A stretch of DNA of 64,000 nt from Spirochaetia bacterium (GCA_963675665.1 OY776510.1:4192001-4256000); one strand, 5' to 3'; positions 46,302 through 57,067 are shown, numbered from the stretch's first letter. Translations and numbers: made by a program. Notes: generated from the sequence alone by a model not told the origin.

Positions 46302-46846
46302 ATTATTACGCTGTCCAGGTCAGGACCGGCAGGGAAGAATACTTTCTGGAACTGGCCCGGCAGGCCATGCTGCGTAAGGATTTTGATGAAAAAATCTGCA
46401 ATAATCTGATCTGGCCGAGACGACGGCTTGTAGAGCGCAGGCTCGGGAAAAAACACGAAGCTGTAAAACCTCTGTATCCGGGATATATATTTTTTATAGG
46501 CGATGAAATCACCAATGATCTTCACTGGATAATCAGACGCACTCCCGGTTTTTTCCGTTTTCTGAAAGATAACAAAGATATCCAGCCACTTGTGGGAAGA
46601 GACCGCGAGATCCTGATGCATTTTCTTAAATTTGGAGAAGTAGCCGAAAGTTCAAAAGTGTACTTCAATGAAAATAATAAAATAGTTGTACTATCCGGCC
46701 CGATGGCGGGTCTTGAAGGCTTAATTGAACGTGTAGATCGCAGAAAAGGCCGCGCAAAGATAAGACTTTCAATTAAAGACAATTCTATGCTTGTAGATCT
46801 GGCCTTTGATGTTATAAAATCAGCAGAAGAAAAGAATGGAAAGTAA
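46298..46846 (+). CDS. loaP: NusG-paralog antiterminator (LoaP-like)
   Basis: YAVQVRTGRE, PRRRLVERR, PLYPGYIF and KOW GPMAGLEG...DRRKGRAK. Confidence 0.8.
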   Translation: MNYYAVQVRTGREEYFLELARQAMLRKDFDEKICNNLIWPRRRLVERRLGKKHEAVKPLYPGYIFFIGDEITNDLHWIIRRTPGFFRFLKDNKDIQPLVGRDREILMHFLKFGEVAESSKVYFNENNKIVVLSGPMAGLEGLIERVDRRKGRAKIRLSIKDNSMLVDLAFDVIKSAEEKNGK

Positions 46847-48311
46847 AAATACCAGGATTTACATTATCGGCGCCGGTTTTGCCGGTCAGGAAATTGCAAA
46901 CGACCTCAGACGCAAGGGAATTTTCGGAAAAGCCATAGGTTTTATCGATGACAATCCTGAAAAAATAGGTACCGAAATAGACGGCATCCCGGTAATGGGC
47001 CCTATATCAAAAATGAGCAGCATTCAGAAGGAGAATCCGGCTGATGAGGCAATCATTGCGATACCTGGAGCTCCGGGCGATACGCTTAAGCGTATCTATT
47101 CAATAATGAAAAATACCGATATCGGTTCGATTCGTCTTCTTCCCGGTATATCCCAGATAATCGACGGAGACGCTCACCTTATCCAGACCCGGAAAATTTC
47201 CGCTGAAGATCTTATCGGCCGGGATTCTGCCGTAATCTCCTTAAAAGAGAGTCTTAGCTATCTGAGAGGGAAACGAGTGCTTATAACCGGCGCAGGAGGC
47301 AGTATCGGCAGCGAACTGTCGCGCCAGCTTCTGTCGGGAGGCGCACAGCGGCTGTATTTGCTTGATCACGGAGAAAACAGCCTTTATGAAATCGAAGCCG
47401 AGCTCAAACTGCTTCAGGAAGAAGGCGTCGGAGAGGCGGCTACAATCGTACCGGTTGTAGGAGATTTGCAGGACCGGGAGTTCATGCACTTTATCCTTTC
47501 ACGCTTGAAAGCCGACGTTATTTTCCACTGCGCCGCCTACAAACATGTTCCCATGATGGAAATGAATCCTGTTGAAGCAATCAAGAATAACGTATTCGGC
47601 ACCCGCAACCTTGTAGATGCAGCATTACACAGCGGAGTATCAAAATTCGTACTCATCTCGACCGACAAGGCGGTAGAACCGGTCAGCATTTACGGTTCAT
47701 CAAAAATGATCGCTGAAGAAATCGTTCTTCTGGGAAATTCACCGAGCACAGAAATGCTGGTAGTCCGTTTCGGCAATGTTCTGGGCTCCCGCGGCAGTAT
47801 TGTTCCCCTGTTTCAAAAGCAAATCAGCAAAGGAGGACCCGTAACTATAACTCATCCGGAGATCAAACGATATTTCATGACAATACCCGAAGCGGCTTCG
47901 CTCGTGCTGAAAGCCGGAGGTGTCGGCCGGGGCGGCGACCTGTATCTGCTCGATATGGGTGATCCCATTAACATCCGGGATCTTGCCGAACAGATGATCA
48001 TTTTTTACGGGTTCAGGCCTGAAAAGGATATTTCCATTGAAACAATAGGGCTTAGACCCGGAGAAAAGCTTGAAGAAAAATTATGGTCCGCCGATGAAAC
48101 ACCTCTTTCAACAGAATATCCCGGTATTGTTAAACTTGTAAGGGATTCGCGCTTCGACGGTAAACTCGGCAGGCTTCTGTCGGATGTAACCGATATATGC
48201 TTCTTTAATCCCGGACAGTCCGAATATTACCGCAACCGGAGCAAACTTAGAAAAATGCTGAAAAAATATATTCCAGAACTGGAAATACCTGAGAATGAAC
48301 CTGAATACTGA
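46836..48311 (+). CDS. Nucleotide-sugar 4,6-dehydratase (CapD/PglF-like, no N-terminal TM part)
   Basis: TGAGGSIGSEL, AAYKHVP, STDKAV, YGSSK, VRFGNVLGSRGS and GLRPGEKL. Confidence 0.93.
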   Translation: MESKNTRIYIIGAGFAGQEIANDLRRKGIFGKAIGFIDDNPEKIGTEIDGIPVMGPISKMSSIQKENPADEAIIAIPGAPGDTLKRIYSIMKNTDIGSIRLLPGISQIIDGDAHLIQTRKISAEDLIGRDSAVISLKESLSYLRGKRVLITGAGGSIGSELSRQLLSGGAQRLYLLDHGENSLYEIEAELKLLQEEGVGEAATIVPVVGDLQDREFMHFILSRLKADVIFHCAAYKHVPMMEMNPVEAIKNNVFGTRNLVDAALHSGVSKFVLISTDKAVEPVSIYGSSKMIAEEIVLLGNSPSTEMLVVRFGNVLGSRGSIVPLFQKQISKGGPVTITHPEIKRYFMTIPEAASLVLKAGGVGRGGDLYLLDMGDPINIRDLAEQMIIFYGFRPEKDISIETIGLRPGEKLEEKLWSADETPLSTEYPGIVKLVRDSRFDGKLGRLLSDVTDICFFNPGQSEYYRNRSKLRKMLKKYIPELEIPENEPEY

Positions 48312-49488
48312 TTTTATCCCGTTCGCACGGCCATCCTTTTCTGATGCTGAAAAAGAGGCAGTAATCAAAGTGCTGCAAAGCGGCTGGCTGACTACCGGTT
48401 CGGTAACAGCTGAACTTGAGAATAAAACTGCAGAAAAAGCCGGTGTCAAACATGCGCTTGCAGTAAATTCGGCAACTTCCGGGCTTCACCTGGCGCTTGA
48501 ATCGTCCGGCGTAGAGGCCGGCGATTATGTAATCACAAGCCCTTATACTTTCACGTCTACGGCTGAGGTGATCAGGTATCTGGGCGCTCATCCTTTATTT
48601 GTCGACATTGAACCCGGAGGTTACAACATTTCTCCGGAAAAGATTGTAGAAACCATGGAAAACCGTAATATGCAGGCCGAACGGGTATCTGCAATAATGC
48701 CTGTTCATGTGGCCGGACAGTTGTGCCGAAGACGGGAAATTTTTGATATAGCGGATAAATATAATCTCGCAGTGATCGAAGACGGTGCACATCTGCAGCC
48801 GGAGCCTTTACTGACAGATCTAAAAAGTATTCTTGTTTACTCCTTTTATGCAACCAAATGCATTACCACCGGCGAAGGCGGAATGGTAATAACCAACAAC
48901 GATGATGCCGCCCGCCGAATGCGAACAATGCGCTTTCACGGAATCGACAGGGAAGCCTGGGACCGCTACAGGAAAAAAGGCGCCGGGTCGTGGAATTACG
49001 ATATAATCGCGCCGGGATTTAAATACAACCTGCCTGATATTCTTTCTGCAGTAGGACTTGTACAGCTTGAACGGGCCGCCGGGATGCTTTCCCGAAGAAG
49101 GGAAATTGCCCGGATTTACGATTCAGCTTTCACGAACTGCGATTTTCTTAAAACTCCTCCTGCCGATGACAGCAGCAGCTGGCATCTGTATATTTTACGG
49201 ATTGTCCCGGAAATGCTGACGATAGATCGTGATGAATTAATAGGTATTATAAACGACAAAGGCATAGGTTTATCCGTTCATTACAAACCACTGCATATGA
49301 TGTCTTACTACAGTAAGAAGTATAATCTCTCACCCGGCGATTTCCCGGAAAGTCTGAACCGGTATAACAATTCTTTCAGTATTCCGATTTTTCCCGATTT
49401 GACTGACAGCGAGATTTCGAGGATAATTGAAACAATAATCGGGACCGGAAACCGTTTCAGGAAGAACAAAAAAAACATATCCGTGTAA
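48295..49488 (+). CDS. DegT/DnrJ/EryC1/StrS sugar aminotransferase
   Basis: SGWLTTG, NSATSGLH, IEDGAH and SFYATK.ITTGEGG (PLP lysine). Confidence 0.95.
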   Translation: MNLNTDFIPFARPSFSDAEKEAVIKVLQSGWLTTGSVTAELENKTAEKAGVKHALAVNSATSGLHLALESSGVEAGDYVITSPYTFTSTAEVIRYLGAHPLFVDIEPGGYNISPEKIVETMENRNMQAERVSAIMPVHVAGQLCRRREIFDIADKYNLAVIEDGAHLQPEPLLTDLKSILVYSFYATKCITTGEGGMVITNNDDAARRMRTMRFHGIDREAWDRYRKKGAGSWNYDIIAPGFKYNLPDILSAVGLVQLERAAGMLSRRREIARIYDSAFTNCDFLKTPPADDSSSWHLYILRIVPEMLTIDRDELIGIINDKGIGLSVHYKPLHMMSYYSKKYNLSPGDFPESLNRYNNSFSIPIFPDLTDSEISRIIETIIGTGNRFRKNKKNISV

Positions 49489-49554
49489 CTTTTTTGTTAT
49501 CATGCCATTCAGGCTGCCGTGCAGCTTCGGCATATTTTTTATAGGAGTTTGCTG

Positions 49555-51651
49555 ATGCCGGAAACATATAAAAACAACCGTTTTATATGTGATTACTATA
49601 CCCTTGGAATGATTATTATCAGAATCGTACGGGCGGAAGTTCCTGAAGGGACGATAAGCGAGATTGATATTCCCGAATTGCCGGACGGCACTGATATCAT
49701 TCAGTACGGTGATATTCCTTCCGAAAAAACGCTCAGCGTATTCAACCGTTCAATGCCCCTGCTCTGCGACGGAAAAGTCAGGTATGAAGGAGAACCAATC
49801 CTGCTGCTGTACGGACCGAATGAAAAAGCCCTGGACTGGATTGTCTCCGGTATCAAAATAAAATATGAAACCGACTATACAATCTCTACGATGGAAAATT
49901 ACACGGACGATCAGATTGATCGCAAACTTGAATTTACCCGCGGTAAACCTGAACGCAATTTTGAAAAAGCATTCGTGATTGTGGAGGAAGAATACTCTAC
50001 ATCATCACAGAATCACTATGATCTTGAACCTCAGGGCGCCGCAGCCGAAATGACGGACGACGGGATAACAATAACCTCCGCCACCCAGTGGCCTTTCAAT
50101 GTCAGGGACAACGTATCAGGCTGTCTGGGAATCCCCAAAAAGAAGGTTACAGTAAATGTCCCGGCAATGGGCAAGACACACAGCGGGAAATTATGGTATG
50201 CCGGCCTTCTTGCCTGTTACGCGGCCATTGTAACCTGGAAAACCGGAAAACCGTCGATCTGTGTAATTCCCAAAACCGAATCCATACTTTATACACCCGG
50301 GCGGGCTGCTTCGGTGATAAAACATAAAACCGGGCTGGATGAGGAAGGAAAGATACTGTGCCGAAGTATCGACATCTCAATCGATTCAGGCGCCTACCCA
50401 ATGTTGTCCCAGGAGGTTATCAACAGGGTCTGTTTTTCCGCCGCCGGTGTTTACTCAGTTCCGGCCCTGAAAATCACGGCAAGAAGCCTCAAAACAAACA
50501 ACCACCCTTCCGGCGCTTTTAACGGCATGGGTTTTCACCAGAGTTTTTTTGCAGGAGAGTCACACAGCAATACTGTCGCAAAAGCGGCGGGACTCTCACC
50601 GCTGGAATGGCGGCTTAAAAATATTGCAACAAAACATATCAATCTGCCCATCGGGTGGGAAAGCCGAAAACCTATCCAGCTGAAAAAGCTGCTTGAAAGT
50701 GTTGCAGCAATGTCCGACTACCGGCGAAAACATTCGGCATACAGCCTTTCGTCGAAAATGCAGAATGATTTTTCAGGCAGAAAAAGGGGAATCGGCATTT
50801 CCGTCTGCTGCCAGGGAAACGGTTTTATGGGCAAGGTTGAAGAAAATGAAAAGTATACGGTATCGGCAAGACTGGATAAGGGCGGTGTACTGTCGATTTT
50901 TACATCAGCCGTTCCTGAAAACTTTCAGACTTCAAGCTTATGGCGTGATATCGCAGGCGGAATTCTGGAAATTAACCCTGATGACGTCAGAATTGCGACA
51001 ACCGATACTTCACTGGTTCCGGATTCGGGCCCGAGCCTGTTCTCAAGAAACATTACAATAATTACCCAGCTTATTGAAAAATGCTGCACAGCAATTAAAA
51101 AGAGTCGGTTCAGGCTGCCTCTGCCTATCGAGGTTAAGCGGAGTTACCGGCTTCCGGGAACAAACGGCTGGGATCCGGAAAGTTTCAGCGGTAATCCTTT
51201 CCCCATAGTCAGCTGGGGCGCAGCGGTTGTTGAAACAGAAACCCACCCTATTACTCTTGAGACATCCGTAAGGGGAGTATGGTTTGCCGCCGACTGCGGA
51301 AAAATTATGAATGCCGAACTGGCAAAAGCCGAGGTTGAGAGCGAAATCTACCAGGCCATTATCAGCAGCACAATGAAACCCCCGGCTTCCAAATATGCAA
51401 AGGAAGGTATTCCTCTCACTCCGGTACAGCCCGACAACAATCTGCCTGTCACTATTGAGTTCCTTGAAAGCAAAGAGACTAAACCCGGGGGGATAGGAGA
51501 ACTTCCCGACAGCCTGATTCCTGCCGCGCTGTCTGAAGCAATAGCGATGGGACTCAATATTAAACTGAACGAACTCCCTTCCACTTCCGAAAAACTGTTC
51601 CGGTTAATCGAACACCGGAAAAAAACGGAGGAATCAGAAGATGAAGATTGA
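49555..51651 (+). CDS. Xanthine dehydrogenase-family molybdopterin-binding subunit (divergent)
   Basis: VRYEGEPI, LEPQGA, DSGAY, DTSLVPDSGP, DCGKIMN and GIGE. Confidence 0.8.
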   Translation: MPETYKNNRFICDYYTLGMIIIRIVRAEVPEGTISEIDIPELPDGTDIIQYGDIPSEKTLSVFNRSMPLLCDGKVRYEGEPILLLYGPNEKALDWIVSGIKIKYETDYTISTMENYTDDQIDRKLEFTRGKPERNFEKAFVIVEEEYSTSSQNHYDLEPQGAAAEMTDDGITITSATQWPFNVRDNVSGCLGIPKKKVTVNVPAMGKTHSGKLWYAGLLACYAAIVTWKTGKPSICVIPKTESILYTPGRAASVIKHKTGLDEEGKILCRSIDISIDSGAYPMLSQEVINRVCFSAAGVYSVPALKITARSLKTNNHPSGAFNGMGFHQSFFAGESHSNTVAKAAGLSPLEWRLKNIATKHINLPIGWESRKPIQLKKLLESVAAMSDYRRKHSAYSLSSKMQNDFSGRKRGIGISVCCQGNGFMGKVEENEKYTVSARLDKGGVLSIFTSAVPENFQTSSLWRDIAGGILEINPDDVRIATTDTSLVPDSGPSLFSRNITIITQLIEKCCTAIKKSRFRLPLPIEVKRSYRLPGTNGWDPESFSGNPFPIVSWGAAVVETETHPITLETSVRGVWFAADCGKIMNAELAKAEVESEIYQAIISSTMKPPASKYAKEGIPLTPVQPDNNLPVTIEFLESKETKPGGIGELPDSLIPAALSEAIAMGLNIKLNELPSTSEKLFRLIEHRKKTEESEDED

Positions 51652-52123
51652 TTTTTCTCTAAACGGCAACAAGGTTTCAGTCGATACCCTGCCGGAGAAA
51701 CGGCTTATAGACGTTATCAGGGAAGACTTCGGACTTATGCAAACCAAGAACGCCTGTTACTCCGGAGAGTGCGGCAGCTGTATAATCCAGCTCGAAGGCA
51801 AAGCCGTTCCTTCATGCCAGATTCCTGTTTTCAGTGTAAGAGCCAAACATGTCATAACAATTGAGGGCTTTTCAGGTACCGAAAAATATATGGACATTAT
51901 CAGCGCTTTTAATGATGTAAAATGCGTCCCCTGCCCTTTTTGTTTCGCCGGAAAGATTCTTGCCGTGGACAGCCTTATTGACAACAGGCGGTCGCCCCAG
52001 ACTTCGGAAATCATGGATCTGCTGTCGGATCATACCTGCAGTTGCACTTCAGTATCGAAATTTATTGAAGGAGTAAAAATCGCATACCAGAACAGGGAAA
52101 TCAGGGGGGAACTGCTCAGATGA
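51641..52123 (+). CDS. Xanthine dehydrogenase-family 2Fe-2S subunit
   Basis: C-x4-C-x2-C-x11-C and CPFC...CSC. Confidence 0.9.
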   Translation: MKIDFSLNGNKVSVDTLPEKRLIDVIREDFGLMQTKNACYSGECGSCIIQLEGKAVPSCQIPVFSVRAKHVITIEGFSGTEKYMDIISAFNDVKCVPCPFCFAGKILAVDSLIDNRRSPQTSEIMDLLSDHTCSCTSVSKFIEGVKIAYQNREIRGELLR

Positions 52124-52977
52124 AAAGAGCCACCCGATCGCCTCTTGTGTATTATCCGAAAACAATCAGCGAATTGCTTGCTCTCTATAAATCCATGCCG
52201 GACAGCCTTATTTTTTCAGGCGGTACAGGTATACTGAGAAAACTTACGACAAAGTATCCCGAGTTCCCGGGAAATATATTTTATCTGAGAAGAATTGAAG
52301 AGCTTTCGGTTATCCGCAGATCCGAAGGATACCTTGAGATAGGAGCCTGTGCAAGGCTTAACAGGATTCTAGGTATTGGAGAGCATGTTCTTAAACCGGC
52401 GCTGTTTGCCGCCCTGCAGAGCATCGGAACCAGAGAAGTCAGAAACCTTGCTACCCTTGGAGGAAATATCTGCAGCAATGATCGCCGGAAAACACTTTTT
52501 CCGCTCCTGGCATTGCTTGACACCAGGCTTGAACTCAGAAAACACGGCGGTTCAAGATGGATAAATATCAAGAAATTCATGCTTCCCGATGAAGGTCTTC
52601 AGCAGGGAGAAATCCTTACAAGAATAAGAATACCGTTCAACAATTTTGAACACCAGTCATTTACAGTATCCGGCGACCTTAAATCGGATTACCGCAGTGC
52701 AATGACGTTTGCCTGTATTGCATCCGTGCAAAAAGAAGTTATAACCGGCTTGCGGTTCTCGGCAGGATTCGGAACAGACGGGCTGTTCAGGGCACGCGAT
52801 TTTGAAGATGCAATGGAGGGACGAAAACTTCCCATCTACGGACTCTCCGAAGATCCTGTCTATAACAAGCTTACAACTGCATTGAAAAGCAGAAATGAAG
52901 AATTATTATCGTTTCACAGACAGCAGATTGAAGGTTTGTTTCTCGGGTTCATGCACAGCCTTAATGACATGCTGTAA
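52120..52977 (+). CDS. Xanthine dehydrogenase-family FAD-binding subunit
   Basis: SGGT, IGA, VRNLATLGGNIC and GEILTRIRIP. Confidence 0.88.
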   Translation: MKRATRSPLVYYPKTISELLALYKSMPDSLIFSGGTGILRKLTTKYPEFPGNIFYLRRIEELSVIRRSEGYLEIGACARLNRILGIGEHVLKPALFAALQSIGTREVRNLATLGGNICSNDRRKTLFPLLALLDTRLELRKHGGSRWINIKKFMLPDEGLQQGEILTRIRIPFNNFEHQSFTVSGDLKSDYRSAMTFACIASVQKEVITGLRFSAGFGTDGLFRARDFEDAMEGRKLPIYGLSEDPVYNKLTTALKSRNEELLSFHRQQIEGLFLGFMHSLNDML

Positions 52978-53002
52978 TCAATACGTTTATGATCCAAATC
53001 AG

Positions 53003-53031
53003 TTGAAAAATTTCCGGTTACTAAGTATTAT
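53003..53031 (+). promoter_or_regulatory. Sigma70 promoter of dnaE (leaderless geometry)
   Basis: TTGAAA-N17-TATTAT, 6 nt before the GTG; no SD. Confidence 0.55.
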
Positions 53032-53037
53032 TTTATA

Positions 53038-56000
53038 GTGGCTGAAATACCTGATTTTGTTCATCTTCATACGCATTCCGACTACTCATTACTGGACGGA
53101 GCTTCGTCAATAAAAAAAATGGTTGCCAAAGCCGTATCTCTCGGAATGAAGCACATAGGGCTAACCGATCACGGCAATATGTTCGGTGCGCTGCGGTTCT
53201 ACGAAGAATGCACGGCAAACAACATCAACCCCGTAATAGGATGTGAATTTTACGTCGCCCCGGGATCAAGGCTGGTAAAATCAGGCTCGGAAACCGGGAA
53301 CAAGTATTATCACCTTGTTCTGCTTGCAAAATCTGAAAAGGGATATAAAAACCTTATTGAACTCTGCTCAATCGGGTATACAGAAGGATTTTATTATAAA
53401 CCGAGGATTGACGACGAGATACTTTCCCAATACAGGGAAGACCTTATTGCTTCCAGCGCATGTATAGCAGGCGAGATTCCCCAGCTGATACTGGAAGGGA
53501 AAAAAGACGAGGCGGAAAAAAAATCCGTCTTTTACAATGAGTTATTCGGGGAAGGGAATTTTTATCTTGAACTTCAGGACCACGGAATTCCCGAACAGCT
53601 GAAAGCCAATGAGGAACTGATAAAGATTTCACGCAGAACAGGCATTCCCCTAATAGCGACAAACGACAGTCATTATATCGACAGGGAAGATGCAAATGCC
53701 CAGGATATCCTCCTGTGTATAGGCACCGGCCGGCATAAAAATGAAACCAACCGTATGAGTTTTGAAGGAAACGAGTTTTATTTTAAAACCCGGGAAGAAA
53801 TGTATTCAAAATTCAGTCATATCCCCGAAGCTCTTTCAAATACTGTAAAGCTTGCGGAAAAATGTAAAATAGAGATTAACTACCCCGGCCCGCTGCTGCC
53901 AAAATACGAGATTCCCGCCCCGTATGAAGGCCCTGCGGATTACCTTCGCGGACTTACATACCAGGGACTTGAAAAGCGTTATGCCGAAGTCACGGATGAT
54001 ATCAGGGCCCGCGCAGACTTCGAGCTGGATACTATCATTGATATGGATTTCCCAAGCTATTTCCTGATAGTCTGGGACTTCATTCACTGGGCACAGGAAC
54101 ATGATATCCCGGTCGGCCCGGGCCGCGGCTCCGGAGCAGGATCAATTGTCGCATACTCGCTGAAGATCACCGACATTGATCCCCTTAAGTACAACCTGCT
54201 CTTTGAGCGATTTCTGAATCCCGAACGTGTATCAATGCCGGACTTCGATATCGACTTCTGCTTCGAAAGAAGACAGGAAGTTATCGATTATGTAACGCAG
54301 AAATACGGTAAGGAAAAAGTCGGCCAGATTATTACTTTCGGTACGCTGAAAACAAAGGCTGTACTCAAGGATGTTGCCCGCGTGCTTGACATCCCGTTCG
54401 CCGAATCCGACCGGATTTCAAAGCTTGTGCCGGAAGACAGAAAGATGTCGGTTGATAAAGCCCTGGAGATGGAACCGGAACTCAAGCAGTTTGCCGAACG
54501 CGGCGGCGCTTTCAATGAACTTTTCGATACGGCAGGAAGGCTTGAAGGGCTTAACAGGCATGCATCAACTCATGCCGCCGGCATTGTTATCGGACAGAGC
54601 AAACTGACCGATTATGTTCCGCTGTACCGTGATAAAACAGGCGCAATATCAACCCAGTATACAATGGACCAGATTGAGCCCTGCGGCCTCGTCAAGATGG
54701 ACTTTCTGGGACTGAAGACGCTTACTCTTATACGTAATACTGAAAAACTCGTTCAGAAAAAAATCTCCGGTTTTTCCATCTCTGAAATCCCTGAAGATGA
54801 TGAAAATACATTCCGAATGCTCGGCGAAGGGAAAAGCACCTGCGTGTTCCAGTTTGAAAGCTCCGGAATGCAGGGAATTCTAAAAGATGCAAAACCCAAT
54901 TCAATTGAAGATCTCATCGCATTGAACGCGCTTTACAGACCCGGCCCCATGCAGTATATACCGCAGTTTATTAAAAGCAAAAAGGGAGAAATTCCCATCA
55001 CCTACCCGGACCCCGACCTTGAAGAAGTATTGAAACCTACATACGGAGTTATTGTATACCAGGAACAGGTAATGAAGGTTGCCCAGATAATAGGCGGCTT
55101 TACTCTCGGTAAAGCGGATATTCTCCGCCGGGCAATGGGGAAAAAGAAAGTCAAGGAAATGGAAAAGATGAAGATCGAATTTATCGACGGCGCAGTGGCC
55201 CAGGGCTACGATAAAAAGCATGCCGACGTTATTTTCGAACTTCTGGTCCCCTTCGCAGGCTACGGTTTCAATAAGTCGCACGCTGCAGCTTATTCGGTAC
55301 TTGCATATCAGACCGCCTATCTTAAAGCCAACTTTCCCGCCGAGTTTATGGCAGCGAACCTGACAAATGAAATCAACAGCCCGGACAAGCTGACTGAATA
55401 TATTTCGGAAGCCCAGGATATGGGAATAGAGCTGTTGGCGCCCGATATGAATCTTTCGGAAAAAAACTTCACGGTAGTTGATGATAAAATTGTTTACGGA
55501 CTGATCGGCATCAAAAATGTCGGAGACGCTGCCGTAGAGGAAATACTTGCACAGAGAGAAAAGGACGGACCGTTTAAATCATTTATAGATTTCGCCGAAC
55601 GCGTTGATTTAAAAACAGTCAATAAGAAGGTCCTTGAAACATCCATACAGACAGGACTGTTTGACTCGATGGGAATGAACAGGGCAAGCCTGATGCATAA
55701 CCTTGACAGAATACTTGAATTTGTCAGCCAGACCAAGGCGGACCAGGGAGTCGGCCAGGTCTCGCTTTTTGAAGCCCCGGAACATACCGAATTTCATTCC
55801 GTTGAGACGGAAGAAATTGACGAATGGCCCCAGAAAGAGCTTCTGAAATTTGAGAAAGACTTTCTCGGTTTTTATGTATCCGGTCATCCTATGGACAAAT
55901 ACAGAAAACTCTGGGAGAAATCCACAAACCTTGATCTGTCCAATACGGATCGGGCTACGAACAAAAAATCGTATAAAATACTGGGTATAATTAAATCAAT

Positions 56001-56460
56001 CAGATCACTGATAACCAAAAAAGGCGACAAAATGGCTTTTGCAGTGATTGAAGACTTCCGCGGATCGATTGAGGCCGTAATTTTTCCGAAAACTTATGCC
56101 GTATACGAACCAAGCCTGAAAGTCGATGAGGTTTACGGGTTTGAAGGAAAATTCGACAATTCGAGGGGCAGACCTTCATTCCAGCTCGACAAACTGATTT
56201 CACCCGAAGAATTTGAAAATAATACTGTCAAGGAATTTCATATCAGACTTAACGGCGGCTCGGAAAATGAAGACAACCTTCAGGATCTGAGAGAGACGCT
56301 GCTTCATCATACAGGAAGCAGTCCGGTCTTTTTTCATCTCAAGGACAGCAGCCGTGAAATAATTATAAAGGCATCAAACCAGATCCTGGTCGATCCGAAC
56401 AGCATGCTGCTGGAGAATTTAAAGACGAAACCGGAGATTTCGGATGTCTGGAAAGAATAG
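53038..56460 (+). CDS. dnaE: DNA polymerase III alpha subunit
   Basis: FVHLHTHSDYSLLDG, GRGSGAGS, PDFDIDF and YGFNKSH; no intein seen. Confidence 0.98.
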   Translation: MAEIPDFVHLHTHSDYSLLDGASSIKKMVAKAVSLGMKHIGLTDHGNMFGALRFYEECTANNINPVIGCEFYVAPGSRLVKSGSETGNKYYHLVLLAKSEKGYKNLIELCSIGYTEGFYYKPRIDDEILSQYREDLIASSACIAGEIPQLILEGKKDEAEKKSVFYNELFGEGNFYLELQDHGIPEQLKANEELIKISRRTGIPLIATNDSHYIDREDANAQDILLCIGTGRHKNETNRMSFEGNEFYFKTREEMYSKFSHIPEALSNTVKLAEKCKIEINYPGPLLPKYEIPAPYEGPADYLRGLTYQGLEKRYAEVTDDIRARADFELDTIIDMDFPSYFLIVWDFIHWAQEHDIPVGPGRGSGAGSIVAYSLKITDIDPLKYNLLFERFLNPERVSMPDFDIDFCFERRQEVIDYVTQKYGKEKVGQIITFGTLKTKAVLKDVARVLDIPFAESDRISKLVPEDRKMSVDKALEMEPELKQFAERGGAFNELFDTAGRLEGLNRHASTHAAGIVIGQSKLTDYVPLYRDKTGAISTQYTMDQIEPCGLVKMDFLGLKTLTLIRNTEKLVQKKISGFSISEIPEDDENTFRMLGEGKSTCVFQFESSGMQGILKDAKPNSIEDLIALNALYRPGPMQYIPQFIKSKKGEIPITYPDPDLEEVLKPTYGVIVYQEQVMKVAQIIGGFTLGKADILRRAMGKKKVKEMEKMKIEFIDGAVAQGYDKKHADVIFELLVPFAGYGFNKSHAAAYSVLAYQTAYLKANFPAEFMAANLTNEINSPDKLTEYISEAQDMGIELLAPDMNLSEKNFTVVDDKIVYGLIGIKNVGDAAVEEILAQREKDGPFKSFIDFAERVDLKTVNKKVLETSIQTGLFDSMGMNRASLMHNLDRILEFVSQTKADQGVGQVSLFEAPEHTEFHSVETEEIDEWPQKELLKFEKDFLGFYVSGHPMDKYRKLWEKSTNLDLSNTDRATNKKSYKILGIIKSIRSLITKKGDKMAFAVIEDFRGSIEAVIFPKTYAVYEPSLKVDEVYGFEGKFDNSRGRPSFQLDKLISPEEFENNTVKEFHIRLNGGSENEDNLQDLRETLLHHTGSSPVFFHLKDSSREIIIKASNQILVDPNSMLLENLKTKPEISDVWKE

Positions 56461-56469
56461 GAGGTAAAC

Positions 56470-57060
56470 ATGCAGATAGCTGCAAGAGTAATAAGCGCAA
56501 TACTTTCAGCGTATATGATAGTACTGATGATAAGGGTAATGCTTACATGGTTCAGAACAGCGCAGAGCAGTCAGCTTTATTATTATCTGGCGCTGGTAAC
56601 TGACCCGTATCTCAACTGGTTCAGACGATTTTCATCATTAAGATTCGGGATGATTGATTTTTCCCCGATTGTGGCTTTTGTGGTTCTCGGTTTCATAATA
56701 AATATAAGTAAAAGTATCGCCACCTACGGCACGATTACTGTCGGGATTATTCTCGCTTTGCTTATCAACGGGATATGGTCCATTATCTCTTTTATAATTA
56801 TTCTGGTTGTAATACTTGCAGTTATAAGACTTCTGAGCGCAACCGTTTTCCGAAGCGGATTTTTTGTCCAGATGGCGCCCGGAATTGACGCCGTCATTGA
56901 ACCGATCACATCATGGGTAAGACGAACAATCTTCCGGAACCGTTTTACACCGTACAATACCCAGCTTGGAGTAGCAATTGCGCTGTTGATCGTAGTTAAT
57001 ATCGCCGGAAGATTCCTCTTCAGTTACCTGACTCACCTGGTTGCCGGGCTTCCGTTCTGA
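56470..57060 (+). CDS. yggT: YggT family membrane protein
   Basis: IRVMLTW, TDPYL and IDFSPIV. Confidence 0.85.
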   Translation: MQIAARVISAILSAYMIVLMIRVMLTWFRTAQSSQLYYYLALVTDPYLNWFRRFSSLRFGMIDFSPIVAFVVLGFIINISKSIATYGTITVGIILALLINGIWSIISFIIILVVILAVIRLLSATVFRSGFFVQMAPGIDAVIEPITSWVRRTIFRNRFTPYNTQLGVAIALLIVVNIAGRFLFSYLTHLVAGLPF

Positions 57061-57067
57061 GCGGAAC

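Noticed and set aside
53038-56460. Intein in DnaE
   Set aside because: The length (1140 aa) is normal and no intein splice motifs or insertion are seen.
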